64,000 nt of DNA, from sequence record NC_031010.1; one strand, written 5' to 3'. The position numbers and the translations under genes were made by a program. Each line of letters begins with the position of its first letter. Within the stretch, counting starts at the first letter, position 1. This document shows positions 1-10,140 of this stretch, piece after piece. The notes below the pieces were generated by a model. It did no database searches and had not been told where the DNA came from. It worked only from the letters and a program-made list of their open reading frames with translations.

Positions 1-2
1 AC

Positions 3-824
3 GATAAACCCTCGAAAGAGATGTTGTTAGAGGCCATCAACGTTCAGAACGGGACCTCGTTAACGTGGAATCAGATTGCTGCGGGTTTCCCGGAGAAAAT
101 CAGTACCCCGTTAGCGCCCCGCGATACCCGTGTCTTAATCTACGGGTTGAACGGTGGTGGGTACAAGGGCAACGTCACCATTGAATACAACCGCATTGAC
201 TTTGCGGTGCTGTTCCGTAATGTGATTCCGGTTGTCGTCACGAACCCTGTTGCGAAGCTCTCTGACCTGCTGCCTTTCTTAAATAAGAAATACGGCTTGT
301 CATTAACCGCGGATGATATCGTTGACCAGTCTGTGGCGGATTTAGGCGAGAGCTGGATTCTGCCGGTGCAGATAAAGTCGGGTAACCTTGCATGGCAAAC
401 CGATTTCAATCTGCGCTTTGCGAAGTTCTTCCCGAACCTGAAAGACGTTGTGACCGACGTGGACTTGACTGCCATCGTTGCGCCATTTGAAGCCGGGCTT
501 AAGCCCCATGCGGAATACGTGGCCTACGGCTATGACTACACCGAGATTGCCAGTACCTTTAATAATGATTGGACAACCAATCGGGTGCTGACACAAGCGG
601 ATGTGGATGTGCTGAATGGCGTGGTGCCGTTGAAGTTTGCGTTGGTAACGGGTGCGAATGCACAGGCGGGTCAAATCGCCTTAGCCGGGGCCCGGTTAGC
701 AGGTTCAGTGGGGATTACGCCCAACGACCGTTACGACCAAGGTTACTCGCGGGCGTTCTTGATTACCTTGGCCGCCGACAGTAACTACACCGGTCAGTTA
801 ATCCTCCACTACACACCGAAGTAG
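3..824 (+). CDS. Virion structural protein, phiKZ-like tail/baseplate paralogue family; 5'-truncated by the window edge
   Basis: The frame is open to the window edge (DKPSKE precedes the track's Met, compare YAKPSNE in 4439..5266). It has the family motifs YNRIDF and LNKKYGLSLTADDI and the C-terminal GQLILHY. Confidence 0.75.
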   Translation, partial: DKPSKEMLLEAINVQNGTSLTWNQIAAGFPEKISTPLAPRDTRVLIYGLNGGGYKGNVTIEYNRIDFAVLFRNVIPVVVTNPVAKLSDLLPFLNKKYGLSLTADDIVDQSVADLGESWILPVQIKSGNLAWQTDFNLRFAKFFPNLKDVVTDVDLTAIVAPFEAGLKPHAEYVAYGYDYTEIASTFNNDWTTNRVLTQADVDVLNGVVPLKFALVTGANAQAGQIALAGARLAGSVGITPNDRYDQGYSRAFLITLAADSNYTGQLILHYTPK

Positions 825-832
825 GAACTATT

Positions 833-1678
833 ATGCCACTGTTAGCGACCGCTGAAGAGATTATCTTAGCCGAGCTGAACACCGAGAACCACCTCGACTT
901 AAAAGTCGCTGACGTGCTTTACGGTGAGCCTCAGATTCCGACTTCGGCTGAGGACTTGGCACTCGCCAACGGGCACAACTCGATGGTGCGTATCCAAGCG
1001 CTCGCCACTGCCAATGCGGTGGGTGCCACCACGGTGTTTTACGACCGTGTAGACTTTGGGGTCATGTTCACCGACCTTGATGGACTACAGCCGTTGCGTG
1101 TCCCTGCTCGTCTGGACAGTGTCTTTACTTCTCACGATATCGTGAGTTTGATTAACCAGTATTACGGACTGCGTCTACGGCCCACCGATGTGGAGATGAC
1201 CTACATCGACCGCACGAACTGGACGGTACAGCTCACGGCTGCCAATAACTCCTTAGGGTGGATTGGTACGCAAGAGGTACAGCTCCTGCCGGGTGATGCG
1301 TTGTTACCGGGTAACTTCGATGCTAAAGAAGTGGAACCGTTTTCGTATCCGTATTTCAACACCAGAGTCGGTCAGGGGGCGGTCTACTCCTATCCTTGGC
1401 GTTTTGATGATTACGCAGCGGAGTTTAAAGCCGGGGGACTCAACATCACCCAAGCGCGACTCGCTGCTATTCTGAAAACGGTGACTGGCGACAGTTGGTT
1501 AGTCTACCGCAGCCCGATAAACTACAACCTCAAAGAGGCCACGGTGGTTTATAACGGAAAGAACAGCGCAGACTTACCGACCAATCCGTCAGTTGATAAC
1601 GTCTTGGTTATCGAACTGTCTTTGTATTGCCTCAACCTTGGCGGACGTTTGTATCTCCACTACAACGACCCTGACTAA
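833..1678 (+). CDS. Virion structural protein, same paralogue family
   Basis: Motifs FYDRVDF, INQYYGLRL, GWIG and C-terminal GRLYLHYN; SD AGGA. Confidence 0.75.
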   Translation: MPLLATAEEIILAELNTENHLDLKVADVLYGEPQIPTSAEDLALANGHNSMVRIQALATANAVGATTVFYDRVDFGVMFTDLDGLQPLRVPARLDSVFTSHDIVSLINQYYGLRLRPTDVEMTYIDRTNWTVQLTAANNSLGWIGTQEVQLLPGDALLPGNFDAKEVEPFSYPYFNTRVGQGAVYSYPWRFDDYAAEFKAGGLNITQARLAAILKTVTGDSWLVYRSPINYNLKEATVVYNGKNSADLPTNPSVDNVLVIELSLYCLNLGGRLYLHYNDPD

Positions 1679-1698
1679 TCCCGATAAAGGAAGTTAGA

Positions 1699-2625
1699 AT
1701 GAAACCTTTAAACAAAACCTCCGACCTCTTGGTTCTGGACTTCATTAACGAAAAGAACGTCGATGCGGATTTGGAACTCTCCAAAGTGCTGCTGGGTACC
1801 CCAGTGGTTAACGACGGTGATGACGCGGATACCCGTAACACCAAAATGGTGGTAACGGCGCGTAAGAATTCCGGTCTGGTCGGCACACAGGGCGTAACCT
1901 ATTCCCGTCTGGCTGGTGAAGCGCTGTTCCGCAACGTCACCGCGTACATCGATGTGAAAACACCGAAGACCACCGCTGACCTGCTGGATAAGCTGAATGC
2001 CCAATACGGCCTGAAGCTGACCGTGGACGACATCGTGCCAGCGAACATCCCGGACAACACCAACCCACCGGTGACTGACCCGGATGCACCAGACCCAGCA
2101 CCGGTTGATCACACCCTGACCTTCAAAGATGACTGCTACGCGTTCCTTGGCACCATCCCACTGAAAATCGGTGCGAAGCCACAGGTCGGTGAGCGTCTGT
2201 CTCTGGTTATCACCCAAACCCAGCTCGACGGTCTGCAGTATCCGGATGACAAGTCCGATACCAAAGGTCAGGCGTACATCTACTCGTACGGTGTCGACGC
2301 TACCCCAATTGCAGCCTTCCTGAAAGCGCAAGCGGTGGCGACACTGGCTGATGACTCTGCGTTCGCGACCGAGCTGAACAAAGTGGTGCCTGAGCTGTGG
2401 GTTGATAAAGACACCGCAGAAGACTACAACCTGCACAGTGCCTCGGTAACCTACAACGGCCCAACCGTTAACCAAGTGCCTGATCCAAACAGCACCACCG
2501 GTGGTACCATCGATGAGCCGGTCGAAGGTGCGAACACGGACTTCAACAGCATCCTGAAACTGGAACTGTCTGATAGCCTGTGCTCTAACTTCCAAGGTGA
2601 GCTGTTCCTGCACTATAACGCCTAA
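1699..2625 (+). CDS. Virion structural protein, same family, with Pro/Asp-rich insertions
   Basis: Motifs RNTKM, TYSRL, LNAQYGLKLTVDDI and GELFLHYN; insert PDNTNPPVTDPDAPDPAPVD; strong codon bias. Confidence 0.75.
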   Translation: MKPLNKTSDLLVLDFINEKNVDADLELSKVLLGTPVVNDGDDADTRNTKMVVTARKNSGLVGTQGVTYSRLAGEALFRNVTAYIDVKTPKTTADLLDKLNAQYGLKLTVDDIVPANIPDNTNPPVTDPDAPDPAPVDHTLTFKDDCYAFLGTIPLKIGAKPQVGERLSLVITQTQLDGLQYPDDKSDTKGQAYIYSYGVDATPIAAFLKAQAVATLADDSAFATELNKVVPELWVDKDTAEDYNLHSASVTYNGPTVNQVPDPNSTTGGTIDEPVEGANTDFNSILKLELSDSLCSNFQGELFLHYNA

Positions 2626-2635
2626 TAGGTGTCTG

Positions 2636-2678
2636 ACTAGGGGGAGGGATTCCTCCTCCTAGTTTACCCTTCTTTTTT
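2636..2678 (+). terminator. Intrinsic terminator
   Basis: Stem ACTAGGGGGAGG, loop GATT, stem CCTCCTCCTAGT, followed by a T-rich tract. Confidence 0.75.
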
Positions 2679-2699
2679 AGACCTGCCGAGGAGGCTATT

Positions 2700-3536
2700 A
2701 TGGCGTTATATAGTCTGTCTCAGCGACAGTATTTGTACAACGCGATTAACGCGGAGAGTCCCGGCGCGATTGCAGCGATGGGGCTGGACAATGCCTTGAT
2801 TGGCACACCGAAGGCGATTCCAGCAACGGCCAGTGGTGCCAATACCGAGATTACCGTACGCGGTCGTCAAGGTCGTGGCTACGTCGGGGCACAAACCTTC
2901 CGCTATAAACGCCTGTCGCTGAACGACTTGTTCAAAAACATGACTCCGACGATCAACGCACCCGATGCGTACGGTTCCCTGTACACCGATGCGAAGAAAC
3001 TCGCGTTCGCACAGAACCTCAATGGTCGTTACGGGCTGAATCTGGTGAAGGAAGACATTCCTGACCAGTACGTGTATTTGAACGTCAGCAACACCTTACA
3101 GGTAAAAGCAACCTGTATCCAGTACACCGGCTCGATTACGTTCATGTCCATCAAAGGCAAGAACAACCTCGAGGATTTGGTGGTTAACGACATTCTGGAT
3201 GAACTGCACCACCCGTCCGATGTCAGTCTTGGGAAACTGTCAGCACCCTTACTCAGCTACGGTCACGACTTTACCAATGAACCGCAGGTGATGATGAACA
3301 TGACCAACGGTCGACTTGACGTTGGGGTGAACGACACCTCGGGGGCCACGGCGAATCTGATGGCGGTGCTGGTGAATCACGGACTGCCGGCGTTTGACAC
3401 CACCGGGGCATCCATCAAGCGTATGTTACCGACCGCGGATAAGCGGGGTAACACGATGTACGATAACCTGCTGGTGATAACCGGCGTGAATGACATCCAT
3501 GTTGACGGCGACTGGCTGCTGCATTACAACAATTAG
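2700..3536 (+). CDS. Virion structural protein, same family
   Basis: Motifs ANTEI, FRYKRLSL, LNGRYGLNL and GDWLLHYNN; SD GAGGAGG. Confidence 0.75.
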   Translation: MALYSLSQRQYLYNAINAESPGAIAAMGLDNALIGTPKAIPATASGANTEITVRGRQGRGYVGAQTFRYKRLSLNDLFKNMTPTINAPDAYGSLYTDAKKLAFAQNLNGRYGLNLVKEDIPDQYVYLNVSNTLQVKATCIQYTGSITFMSIKGKNNLEDLVVNDILDELHHPSDVSLGKLSAPLLSYGHDFTNEPQVMMNMTNGRLDVGVNDTSGATANLMAVLVNHGLPAFDTTGASIKRMLPTADKRGNTMYDNLLVITGVNDIHVDGDWLLHYNN

Positions 3537-3547
3537 GAATAACGCGA

Positions 3548-4435
3548 ATGGCAATCTATCAAGATTCAGCGACGGTGCTATTGGCAGCAATCAACAGCGC
3601 CAACTCGCTCACCATCAAAGCCACGGACTTTGTCTACAGTGCCCCGAAAGATATTCGTGGAACGGATAAAGGCGACAGTACGGGCAAAAACACCCAGATT
3701 AAAATCACCGCGGACGGTGTGGCTGGGTCAGCATGGTCTGGTAAGAAAAGTGTCTGCTATAACCGCCTGCGGATTGAAGACATCGCGGTGCTGTTGGGTA
3801 ACACCTTAGCCATTGGGCCGAGCAACGACACCCTGTTTGCCGCCTTGGTGGGTTTAAACCAGCGCTACGGGTTTGTGTTTGCACAGTCAGATTTGGTCGA
3901 TGCACAAATCGAGTGGAACTCGGAGAAGACCAGCGGGAAAGTGCTGGTAAGGGCGAACGCATCTTCCATCGGCTGGATTGGTCAATACCAGTTCAACGTG
4001 GTGAAAGGTGATGAGACCTTGGTGTCCTCGGTAACGACGACGGTACTGACCGGTCTGAAGTACCCGAACGGCCAGATGGGCTCCGAGTCGGTTACGGCGA
4101 CGATGGCTCAAGTCTACTCTTACCCGTTCAACTTCTCAGCGTATCGCGACCAGTTGTTAGCCTTCCAGAAAGGCGTGTTGACCGGTACACCGCTGACCGA
4201 CATGACCAACATCCTGAAAGCCATCACAGGCAACCCATGGGTGGCAACCAGCGCTTCCGCTTGGGGTCTGGCTGGGGCAGAAGTGCTCAGCACCGGTCTG
4301 AACGATGCGGTTACTCTGCCGACCAACAGCAAGTACAAATACGTGCTGGCGCTCAAACTCCCTGCCACGACGACGAACATTGCCGGTACGATGTATCTGC
4401 AGTTCAACGACGTGGACGACCCGAACGAGGTGTAA
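3548..4435 (+). CDS. Virion structural protein, same family
   Basis: Motifs KNTQI, CYNRLRI, LNQRYGF, GWIG and GTMYLQFN. Confidence 0.75.
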   Translation: MAIYQDSATVLLAAINSANSLTIKATDFVYSAPKDIRGTDKGDSTGKNTQIKITADGVAGSAWSGKKSVCYNRLRIEDIAVLLGNTLAIGPSNDTLFAALVGLNQRYGFVFAQSDLVDAQIEWNSEKTSGKVLVRANASSIGWIGQYQFNVVKGDETLVSSVTTTVLTGLKYPNGQMGSESVTATMAQVYSYPFNFSAYRDQLLAFQKGVLTGTPLTDMTNILKAITGNPWVATSASAWGLAGAEVLSTGLNDAVTLPTNSKYKYVLALKLPATTTNIAGTMYLQFNDVDDPNEV

Positions 4436-4438
4436 TCA

Positions 4439-5266
4439 ATGCTCAACTACGCGAAACCGTCGAACGAACTGGTGTTCGACCTTATTAACCGCGACAACCC
4501 GGGGCTGCCGATTAAGGCATCCGTCGATAACTGCATTGTTGAGAAACTCACCACGGTCACCGCTAACGCTGCGAACAACTTCCGTAACACGAAGGCGCGT
4601 CTGCGGGGTGTGCAGGGGTCTGGGTTCCGTGACCAAATCACCGTGTACTACGACCGTGTTGATATCGGTCGGCTGTTACCGTGGTCGAACTCCACCTACG
4701 CCCAGTTTGTTACCTTCACGGCACCGAACATCCACAACGCCCTGTCGGTTATCTTCGACATGTACGGCATTAACTTCGGTACCATGGACTTGGTTAACAA
4801 CAGCATGGGTGGGGTGTCAACGCCGAGTTACAACGCCAACGTTTACTTCCAGACGTTGCCTAACTCCCCGGCGTATATCGGCACCGTGCTGATGCGTTTC
4901 AGTCGCGGTTTACCGGTGTTGGATACCTCGGTAACAGTGGAGGTGATTCCTGCGCTGTCACAACCGGTTGACCCCGCGTTGAATAAGAAGTGCGTGGATA
5001 TGCTGACGTACGGTATCGACTTCACAGCGTATAAAAACCTGTTGACGGTCGATTCCTCAGGTCTGCCACAGTGGGGTGGCTTACGTGCCATTCTGGACTC
5101 ACTGGGTATCCCGGCGTACAGTGCGCCGGTGTCCAGTAACTTGGTGCAGGATGTCCCGACCAGCAGTGCGCAGTTTGCCAACAAGGACTACGACCGTGTG
5201 GTCATCCAAACCGGCATTGACGAAGCCGGTATAAAGGGTAACGCCTACTATCACTACAATAGTTAA
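4439..5266 (+). CDS. Virion structural protein, same family
   Basis: Motifs INRDNPGLP, RNTKA, YYDRVDI and GNAYYHYN. Confidence 0.75.
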   Translation: MLNYAKPSNELVFDLINRDNPGLPIKASVDNCIVEKLTTVTANAANNFRNTKARLRGVQGSGFRDQITVYYDRVDIGRLLPWSNSTYAQFVTFTAPNIHNALSVIFDMYGINFGTMDLVNNSMGGVSTPSYNANVYFQTLPNSPAYIGTVLMRFSRGLPVLDTSVTVEVIPALSQPVDPALNKKCVDMLTYGIDFTAYKNLLTVDSSGLPQWGGLRAILDSLGIPAYSAPVSSNLVQDVPTSSAQFANKDYDRVVIQTGIDEAGIKGNAYYHYNS

Positions 5267-5269
5267 CAC

Positions 5270-5296
5270 AAGGCCCTTCGGGGCCTTTTCTTTTTT
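5270..5296 (+). terminator. Intrinsic terminator
   Basis: AAGGCCC-TTCG-GGGCCTT followed by TTCTTTTTT. Confidence 0.9.
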
Positions 5297-5316
5297 GATG
5301 GCGGGTAGGAGCCGAT

Positions 5317-6729
5317 ATGCAATTCTATTCGAAGGCAGCATTGCAGCTGGTCTACGATCAGGTGAATCGGGATAACCCCGGGTTGCCGGCAGTGCTGTCC
5401 CCCGATAACGCTGCTATCACGACCGGTCCAACTGCAGTGAGCGTTGGTCAGTTCGGACGTAACACCCGGGCGACGTTCACTGCGAAACCCGGAACAGGTG
5501 TGCAAGGTAATGCGGTTTTGTATTACGACCGTATTGACCTGACATCCATGTTTCCGTTTAACCCCGTGGTGTATTTAAAGTCCAGCATCACCACCGTGAA
5601 AGCCGCACTTCCGTACCTCAACGATGCGCTGGGCATCACCTTATCCGAGTCGGACATCGTCGGGCCAGATACAGCCATCACGCCCCCCAATGCTACAGTG
5701 CGTTCGCTGACACTGACCGTCACTGCGACGTCTCCGGCGTTTTTGGGTAAGCTTACGTTCAGCTACCAGATTAAGTCCTCGGGCTTTTATCCGAACTCGG
5801 GACCGGGACCCAAGAACCTGTTGCAGGGTAATACCGCAATGGGGTATTTCGGGACGGTGGATGCAAAGGACTTGTTCACGCACGCAGAACTGTCCGCGTT
5901 GGCCTTCTTAAAAGGCACGAAGCCGGTGCTGTTGGGCGACACCGAGGGCTGGTATAAGTTTTACTACAATGGCAAGATTATCTACTTGCCGATTACACCC
6001 CTCGGCAATACGGTGTCGTGGAACACGTTGTACAGTGAAGGACTGGTGTACGGCACAGACGACAACGGCAAGTACCCGGCAGCAACGCCTGTCAACCAGA
6101 GTCGGATAGTGACCCGTGATTCGGCGAGCGGCGGTCGGTCTTATTTCCGTATTCGCCTGCCGTCGGTAGGGGTTGACCCGATGCCGGCCGGTACGCCGCC
6201 TGATAGCAATATCAGCGGCAGTGAGCTGCAGATGTTTAACTATCTGCGTAACGGCACATGGGCATCACTGACCGGTTCGTGGTGGACGCAGTGGATGATT
6301 ACCCAAAACACGGTTAGCACCGCGGTTGCGAATTCCAAAATTGTGACACTGTCGATCCAAAGCTGGACACAGGTACCGAAAACGGACACCTCTACCGGTT
6401 GGTATTGGTTCCCGGTGTTGGAGTTGGTTGATAAGTCCAATACGCTACTGGGTCTGGAGAGTGTGTTTGGAAAAATGGATAGCACGCTAACACCAATCGT
6501 GTTTGACATTCAGAACAGTCTGCAGGTGCAGCCGTTAGTTCCGGGCATTCCGAAGACCATCGATTTCCTCCCAATCACGTTTGATGTCGACCAGTCCTTG
6601 GCAGTGAAACCGTTGAACCCGGGCGCACCAAAAACCATTGACTTCCGACCCATTCCGTTCAAGACCGAAATTTACTCGCCAAGCAAAATTGACCTTGGGT
6701 CAACCAGCGGCGAACTTGACGATTTCTAA
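5317..6729 (+). CDS. Putative tail fibre/baseplate protein, cassette 1 subunit A
   Basis: N-terminal family domain (NRDNPGLP, RNT, YYDRIDL), a GPGP..G...GYFG.V domain, C-terminal ~30-aa tandem repeats and the end motif KIDLGSTSGELDDF. Confidence 0.65.
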   Translation: MQFYSKAALQLVYDQVNRDNPGLPAVLSPDNAAITTGPTAVSVGQFGRNTRATFTAKPGTGVQGNAVLYYDRIDLTSMFPFNPVVYLKSSITTVKAALPYLNDALGITLSESDIVGPDTAITPPNATVRSLTLTVTATSPAFLGKLTFSYQIKSSGFYPNSGPGPKNLLQGNTAMGYFGTVDAKDLFTHAELSALAFLKGTKPVLLGDTEGWYKFYYNGKIIYLPITPLGNTVSWNTLYSEGLVYGTDDNGKYPAATPVNQSRIVTRDSASGGRSYFRIRLPSVGVDPMPAGTPPDSNISGSELQMFNYLRNGTWASLTGSWWTQWMITQNTVSTAVANSKIVTLSIQSWTQVPKTDTSTGWYWFPVLELVDKSNTLLGLESVFGKMDSTLTPIVFDIQNSLQVQPLVPGIPKTIDFLPITFDVDQSLAVKPLNPGAPKTIDFRPIPFKTEIYSPSKIDLGSTSGELDDF

Positions 6730-6744
6730 TAGAGGCGTAACCGC

Positions 6745-7746
6745 ATGTCATTTACATTGCGCTGGAGCAATCCCAACACCATCGCGACGGTGGTTAACAT
6801 CTATCGCGACACCAAGGACATCTCAGTAGCCGCCCTTCCTGCGCCACTGGCCACACTGAGTAATAATGAAACGTCGTACCGTGATAACACGGTCGTTGCA
6901 GGACAGACGTATTACTATTTGATGACGGTAACGGCCAACGGTAAAACCGTGGCGACGGCCAGTCAGAAGTACACCGTGGCAGTACGTCGGGGCATCGGTC
7001 CCAACACGCTTATCACCGGTGATGACCGCTTAGGCTACTACGGGGTGGTGCCACCAGAAGAGCAGTGGTATGGCAATCAATTACCCGCAGGGTTTTTGGC
7101 CGCGTTTCCCACAGCCTTTGCAGCAACCGATCGTATCCCACTGTTGAAGTTTACCCGCAATGGTAAAATCTTCTACACGCTGGCCAGCTACTACGCCGGG
7201 TGGGCAACGTGGGCAACGCTGTATCAAAACGGCTTGGTGTACGGCACAGGGGATAACGGACCGGCCAACGGTTACGGTACCCTTCCGCCAACGTTGCAAG
7301 ATGCGAAAATCATCTCACAGAACGACACCTACCGGATGCGTCTACCGCGTGGTCTCTCCTCGGCGTCTGCCTCGCCTGTCTTCGCTTTTAACGACGCGTA
7401 CAAAGACAAAACGCATGATGAGACTGACCTCATCACGTTCAACGAGTTCAATGACTTGTTGTACCCGCTGGTGATTGATGTGCCGAACAAGCAGCGCGTG
7501 CCGAACGTAATGCAAGCGCAGAGCGGGACACTCGGCTCCCCGGGCAATGCCTCGGGACAAGCGTTTCTCGGCGGGGGGACTATTTGCATGGAGCACGACA
7601 GCGCACAAGACCGTGTGTTGCACCGTGGGCTTTATACCAATGCTGCTCCCACTGTCGTTTCGAATCTGCAAGCAATGCAGCGCATCACTTACGTGTCCCC
7701 GACTCAACAGGGTCGTTATATCCCCCTCTTTGAATTGGTAGAATAA
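6745..7746 (+). CDS. Putative virion fibre protein, cassette 1 subunit B
   Basis: FN3-like N-terminus (LRW..IYR..D...G.TYYY) plus a GIGP..G..LGYYG.V domain; ends FELVE. Confidence 0.65.
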   Translation: MSFTLRWSNPNTIATVVNIYRDTKDISVAALPAPLATLSNNETSYRDNTVVAGQTYYYLMTVTANGKTVATASQKYTVAVRRGIGPNTLITGDDRLGYYGVVPPEEQWYGNQLPAGFLAAFPTAFAATDRIPLLKFTRNGKIFYTLASYYAGWATWATLYQNGLVYGTGDNGPANGYGTLPPTLQDAKIISQNDTYRMRLPRGLSSASASPVFAFNDAYKDKTHDETDLITFNEFNDLLYPLVIDVPNKQRVPNVMQAQSGTLGSPGNASGQAFLGGGTICMEHDSAQDRVLHRGLYTNAAPTVVSNLQAMQRITYVSPTQQGRYIPLFELVE

Positions 7747-7755
7747 GGAGCAGTC

Positions 7756-8697
7756 ATGACCATTCGTTTAAGCTGGCCTTCACAGGCAAGCAAGGCATTG
7801 ACGTCCATTGAAATCTACCGCAAGGTGGGGCACAGTGCGACGCTTGACATCAACAACCCGGGCACCCCGACCGCAACGGTTGCCGGAGACGCGACTCAGT
7901 ACGTAGAGGACGTGGCGAACCTTACCGAAAAAACCGTCTACACGTATTGGATTGCGGCGGTAAAAGGCACCGAGCGGTTGTTCAGTGCGCCGATTGTTCA
8001 AGGTTTCTTCTTGGATACCGGTCCCGGTCCGCAGAAGCTGTTAATGGGTGACTGGTATGCAGGCTACTTTGGGGTTGTCTCAAACCAAGAACTCGCTGCT
8101 CGTGAGGACATCATCGGGGCTGGGGGCGGATTAACGGCTGCACAAGCAGCCCAGTACAAGTACGCCCAGAACTACTGGTACAAGTTCGTCTATAAAGGAC
8201 GGATTGTGTATTACCCAAATGTTCGAACCGGGTATGCTGCGTACGCAGACACGTATAACGCAGGCATGGCGTACGGCATCGACGGTGTGGGACCTATCAT
8301 TCCTACGGGTGCGAATCCCACTGCTGGGGTTCCACAAACCGCGATGTTCACCAAAAACGGATATAAGTATCGCGTCCGGTTGCCGTATGGTTTGGATTAC
8401 AGTGTTAGTGTTGCTTCAACGGACTATGACAACGGCGAGTTTCGTAATACCTTTGCACGTTTGTTTGCGACCAACAACAACTACACGGACCCGAAAGACC
8501 AAGGGAAGTTTGCCTCACTCCCGGTCCTGTCGAGCGGCACGACAACTACGGAGCTTGGGACGACGGCATTGGTGCCCTTGTACACCAACGCAAACGCCTT
8601 GTACAACTACGGCTATAACCCACCGGCTATCACCTACGCGGGCATAGGCGGTCAGACATTCAGCATGTTCTTTGTCCTTGAGTTGGTCTTACCATAA
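7756..8697 (+). CDS. Putative virion fibre protein, cassette 1 subunit C
   Basis: FN3-like N-terminus (LSWPSQ..IEIYR) plus GPGP..G.WYAGYFGVV; ends LELVLP. Confidence 0.65.
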   Translation: MTIRLSWPSQASKALTSIEIYRKVGHSATLDINNPGTPTATVAGDATQYVEDVANLTEKTVYTYWIAAVKGTERLFSAPIVQGFFLDTGPGPQKLLMGDWYAGYFGVVSNQELAAREDIIGAGGGLTAAQAAQYKYAQNYWYKFVYKGRIVYYPNVRTGYAAYADTYNAGMAYGIDGVGPIIPTGANPTAGVPQTAMFTKNGYKYRVRLPYGLDYSVSVASTDYDNGEFRNTFARLFATNNNYTDPKDQGKFASLPVLSSGTTTTELGTTALVPLYTNANALYNYGYNPPAITYAGIGGQTFSMFFVLELVLP

Positions 8698-8708
8698 TGG
8701 AGTGAATC

Positions 8709-10121
8709 ATGGGGTTTTATAATGGAACCGCGATGGAGTTACTCTGCCAACAGGTCATCCGTGACAATCCCAGTATGGCGGGGAGGCTTACTCCTGACGC
8801 TGTCACCGTCAATGGGACAGCGGTCGCTCGTAATGCCAATGGGCGCAATACCCAAATCACGTTTGTTGGTATCCCGGGGAAAGGATTCCACGGAGAGTTA
8901 ACGCTGTCTTACGATCGTATTAACTTGACAACGTTTACCGGCGGGTTGTACGTGCCGGTAGAAATTGCGGCATCGGCGGTCACGTACGCCGATGCCTTAC
9001 CGCAACTTAATGAGTTGCTCGGCTTGAACCTCAGTCGCGACGATTTGGCTACACCAGATGCTGTGTTCACCGGTGGGATATTCCCAGTCAATATCACCAT
9101 AGCCGTGAAGTCGGGGTCGTTCTGTTACACGGGCGCGCTGCGACTGACGTGGCAACGGCAACCGTCTATGTACTATCCTGAATCTGGACCCGGACCAACG
9201 GGGTTGCGTGTAGGGGATGAACAAGCCGGTTATTTTGGTGTCGTTCCTGCGGCAGAAATGTTTACCGCGCAAGCGCTTGTCAACGCGATTATGGCCGGTA
9301 CCGGCGTTGACGTCACCGTGACTGCCACCGCGCGCGACTGGATGAAGTTCTTCTTCCGCGGTAAAGTGCTGTTCATTCCGAAAATGAACATGCCCGGCAC
9401 CTCATGGGATAACTACTATAAGGCCGGGTCAGCGTACGGCAGTGACGACCCTAACGGTCCACTTTATCCGGGCACCGATAAGGTGGTGGTGGAGCAGAAC
9501 AAAATCATCTCGAATGTGGTGAAAGGTAAAGCACACTACTTCCACCACCGACTGCCACGTGGCTCGACTTCAATTCTGCAAGCCGTTTCACTGACCGGGG
9601 AAGATTACGGTCTGGTTGCGAAAGTGTTGGGTGGCGAATGGGGCCAAGAGACCGGGACGAATATCGGCGGGAATACTTATTTTATCTCGCAGCACATTTA
9701 CAACCTCAGTCAACCTGAATATTGTTCAATATTCAGCATGGACGGAAAGTATTTCAATGCCGGGGTGGCAAAGGCGAACACTTACAACTACGTACCGGTG
9801 CTGGAGTATGTCAATCCGAACGATGTCCTGCTGCCGTTGACGGATATCACCGGAAGGTACAACATGGTGGTGAAACCCGCGACCGTTGAGTCTGTGCCGT
9901 TGACTAGCGAGTTGGTTCCGATTGTGCCGTTAGCCCCAATGACGACCAAGCTGACCAGCGCACCAACAACCGTCAGTAACGAAGACCGTCTGTTGCCAAT
10001 CGCGCCGCTGTACGTCTCAACGCTCCACTTAACCCCAGCCCCTGTTACCGTCACGCTGCGTAAACCGGGTACCAAAACAGCGCTTAACGATACCAACGGT
10101 GTCCTTGGCGACTTTAAATAA
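8709..10121 (+). CDS. Putative tail fibre/baseplate protein, cassette 2 subunit A
   Basis: Paralogue of 5317..6729 with the same 470-aa length: YPESGPGP, GYFGVV and end motif KTALNDTNGVLGDFK. Confidence 0.65.
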   Translation: MGFYNGTAMELLCQQVIRDNPSMAGRLTPDAVTVNGTAVARNANGRNTQITFVGIPGKGFHGELTLSYDRINLTTFTGGLYVPVEIAASAVTYADALPQLNELLGLNLSRDDLATPDAVFTGGIFPVNITIAVKSGSFCYTGALRLTWQRQPSMYYPESGPGPTGLRVGDEQAGYFGVVPAAEMFTAQALVNAIMAGTGVDVTVTATARDWMKFFFRGKVLFIPKMNMPGTSWDNYYKAGSAYGSDDPNGPLYPGTDKVVVEQNKIISNVVKGKAHYFHHRLPRGSTSILQAVSLTGEDYGLVAKVLGGEWGQETGTNIGGNTYFISQHIYNLSQPEYCSIFSMDGKYFNAGVAKANTYNYVPVLEYVNPNDVLLPLTDITGRYNMVVKPATVESVPLTSELVPIVPLAPMTTKLTSAPTTVSNEDRLLPIAPLYVSTLHLTPAPVTVTLRKPGTKTALNDTNGVLGDFK

Positions 10122-10140
10122 TGAAGAGGAGAAGGGCGCT

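Noticed and set aside
1708-2613. 301-aa antisense ORF
   Set aside because: It is a shadow of a codon-biased sense gene that has clear family motifs.
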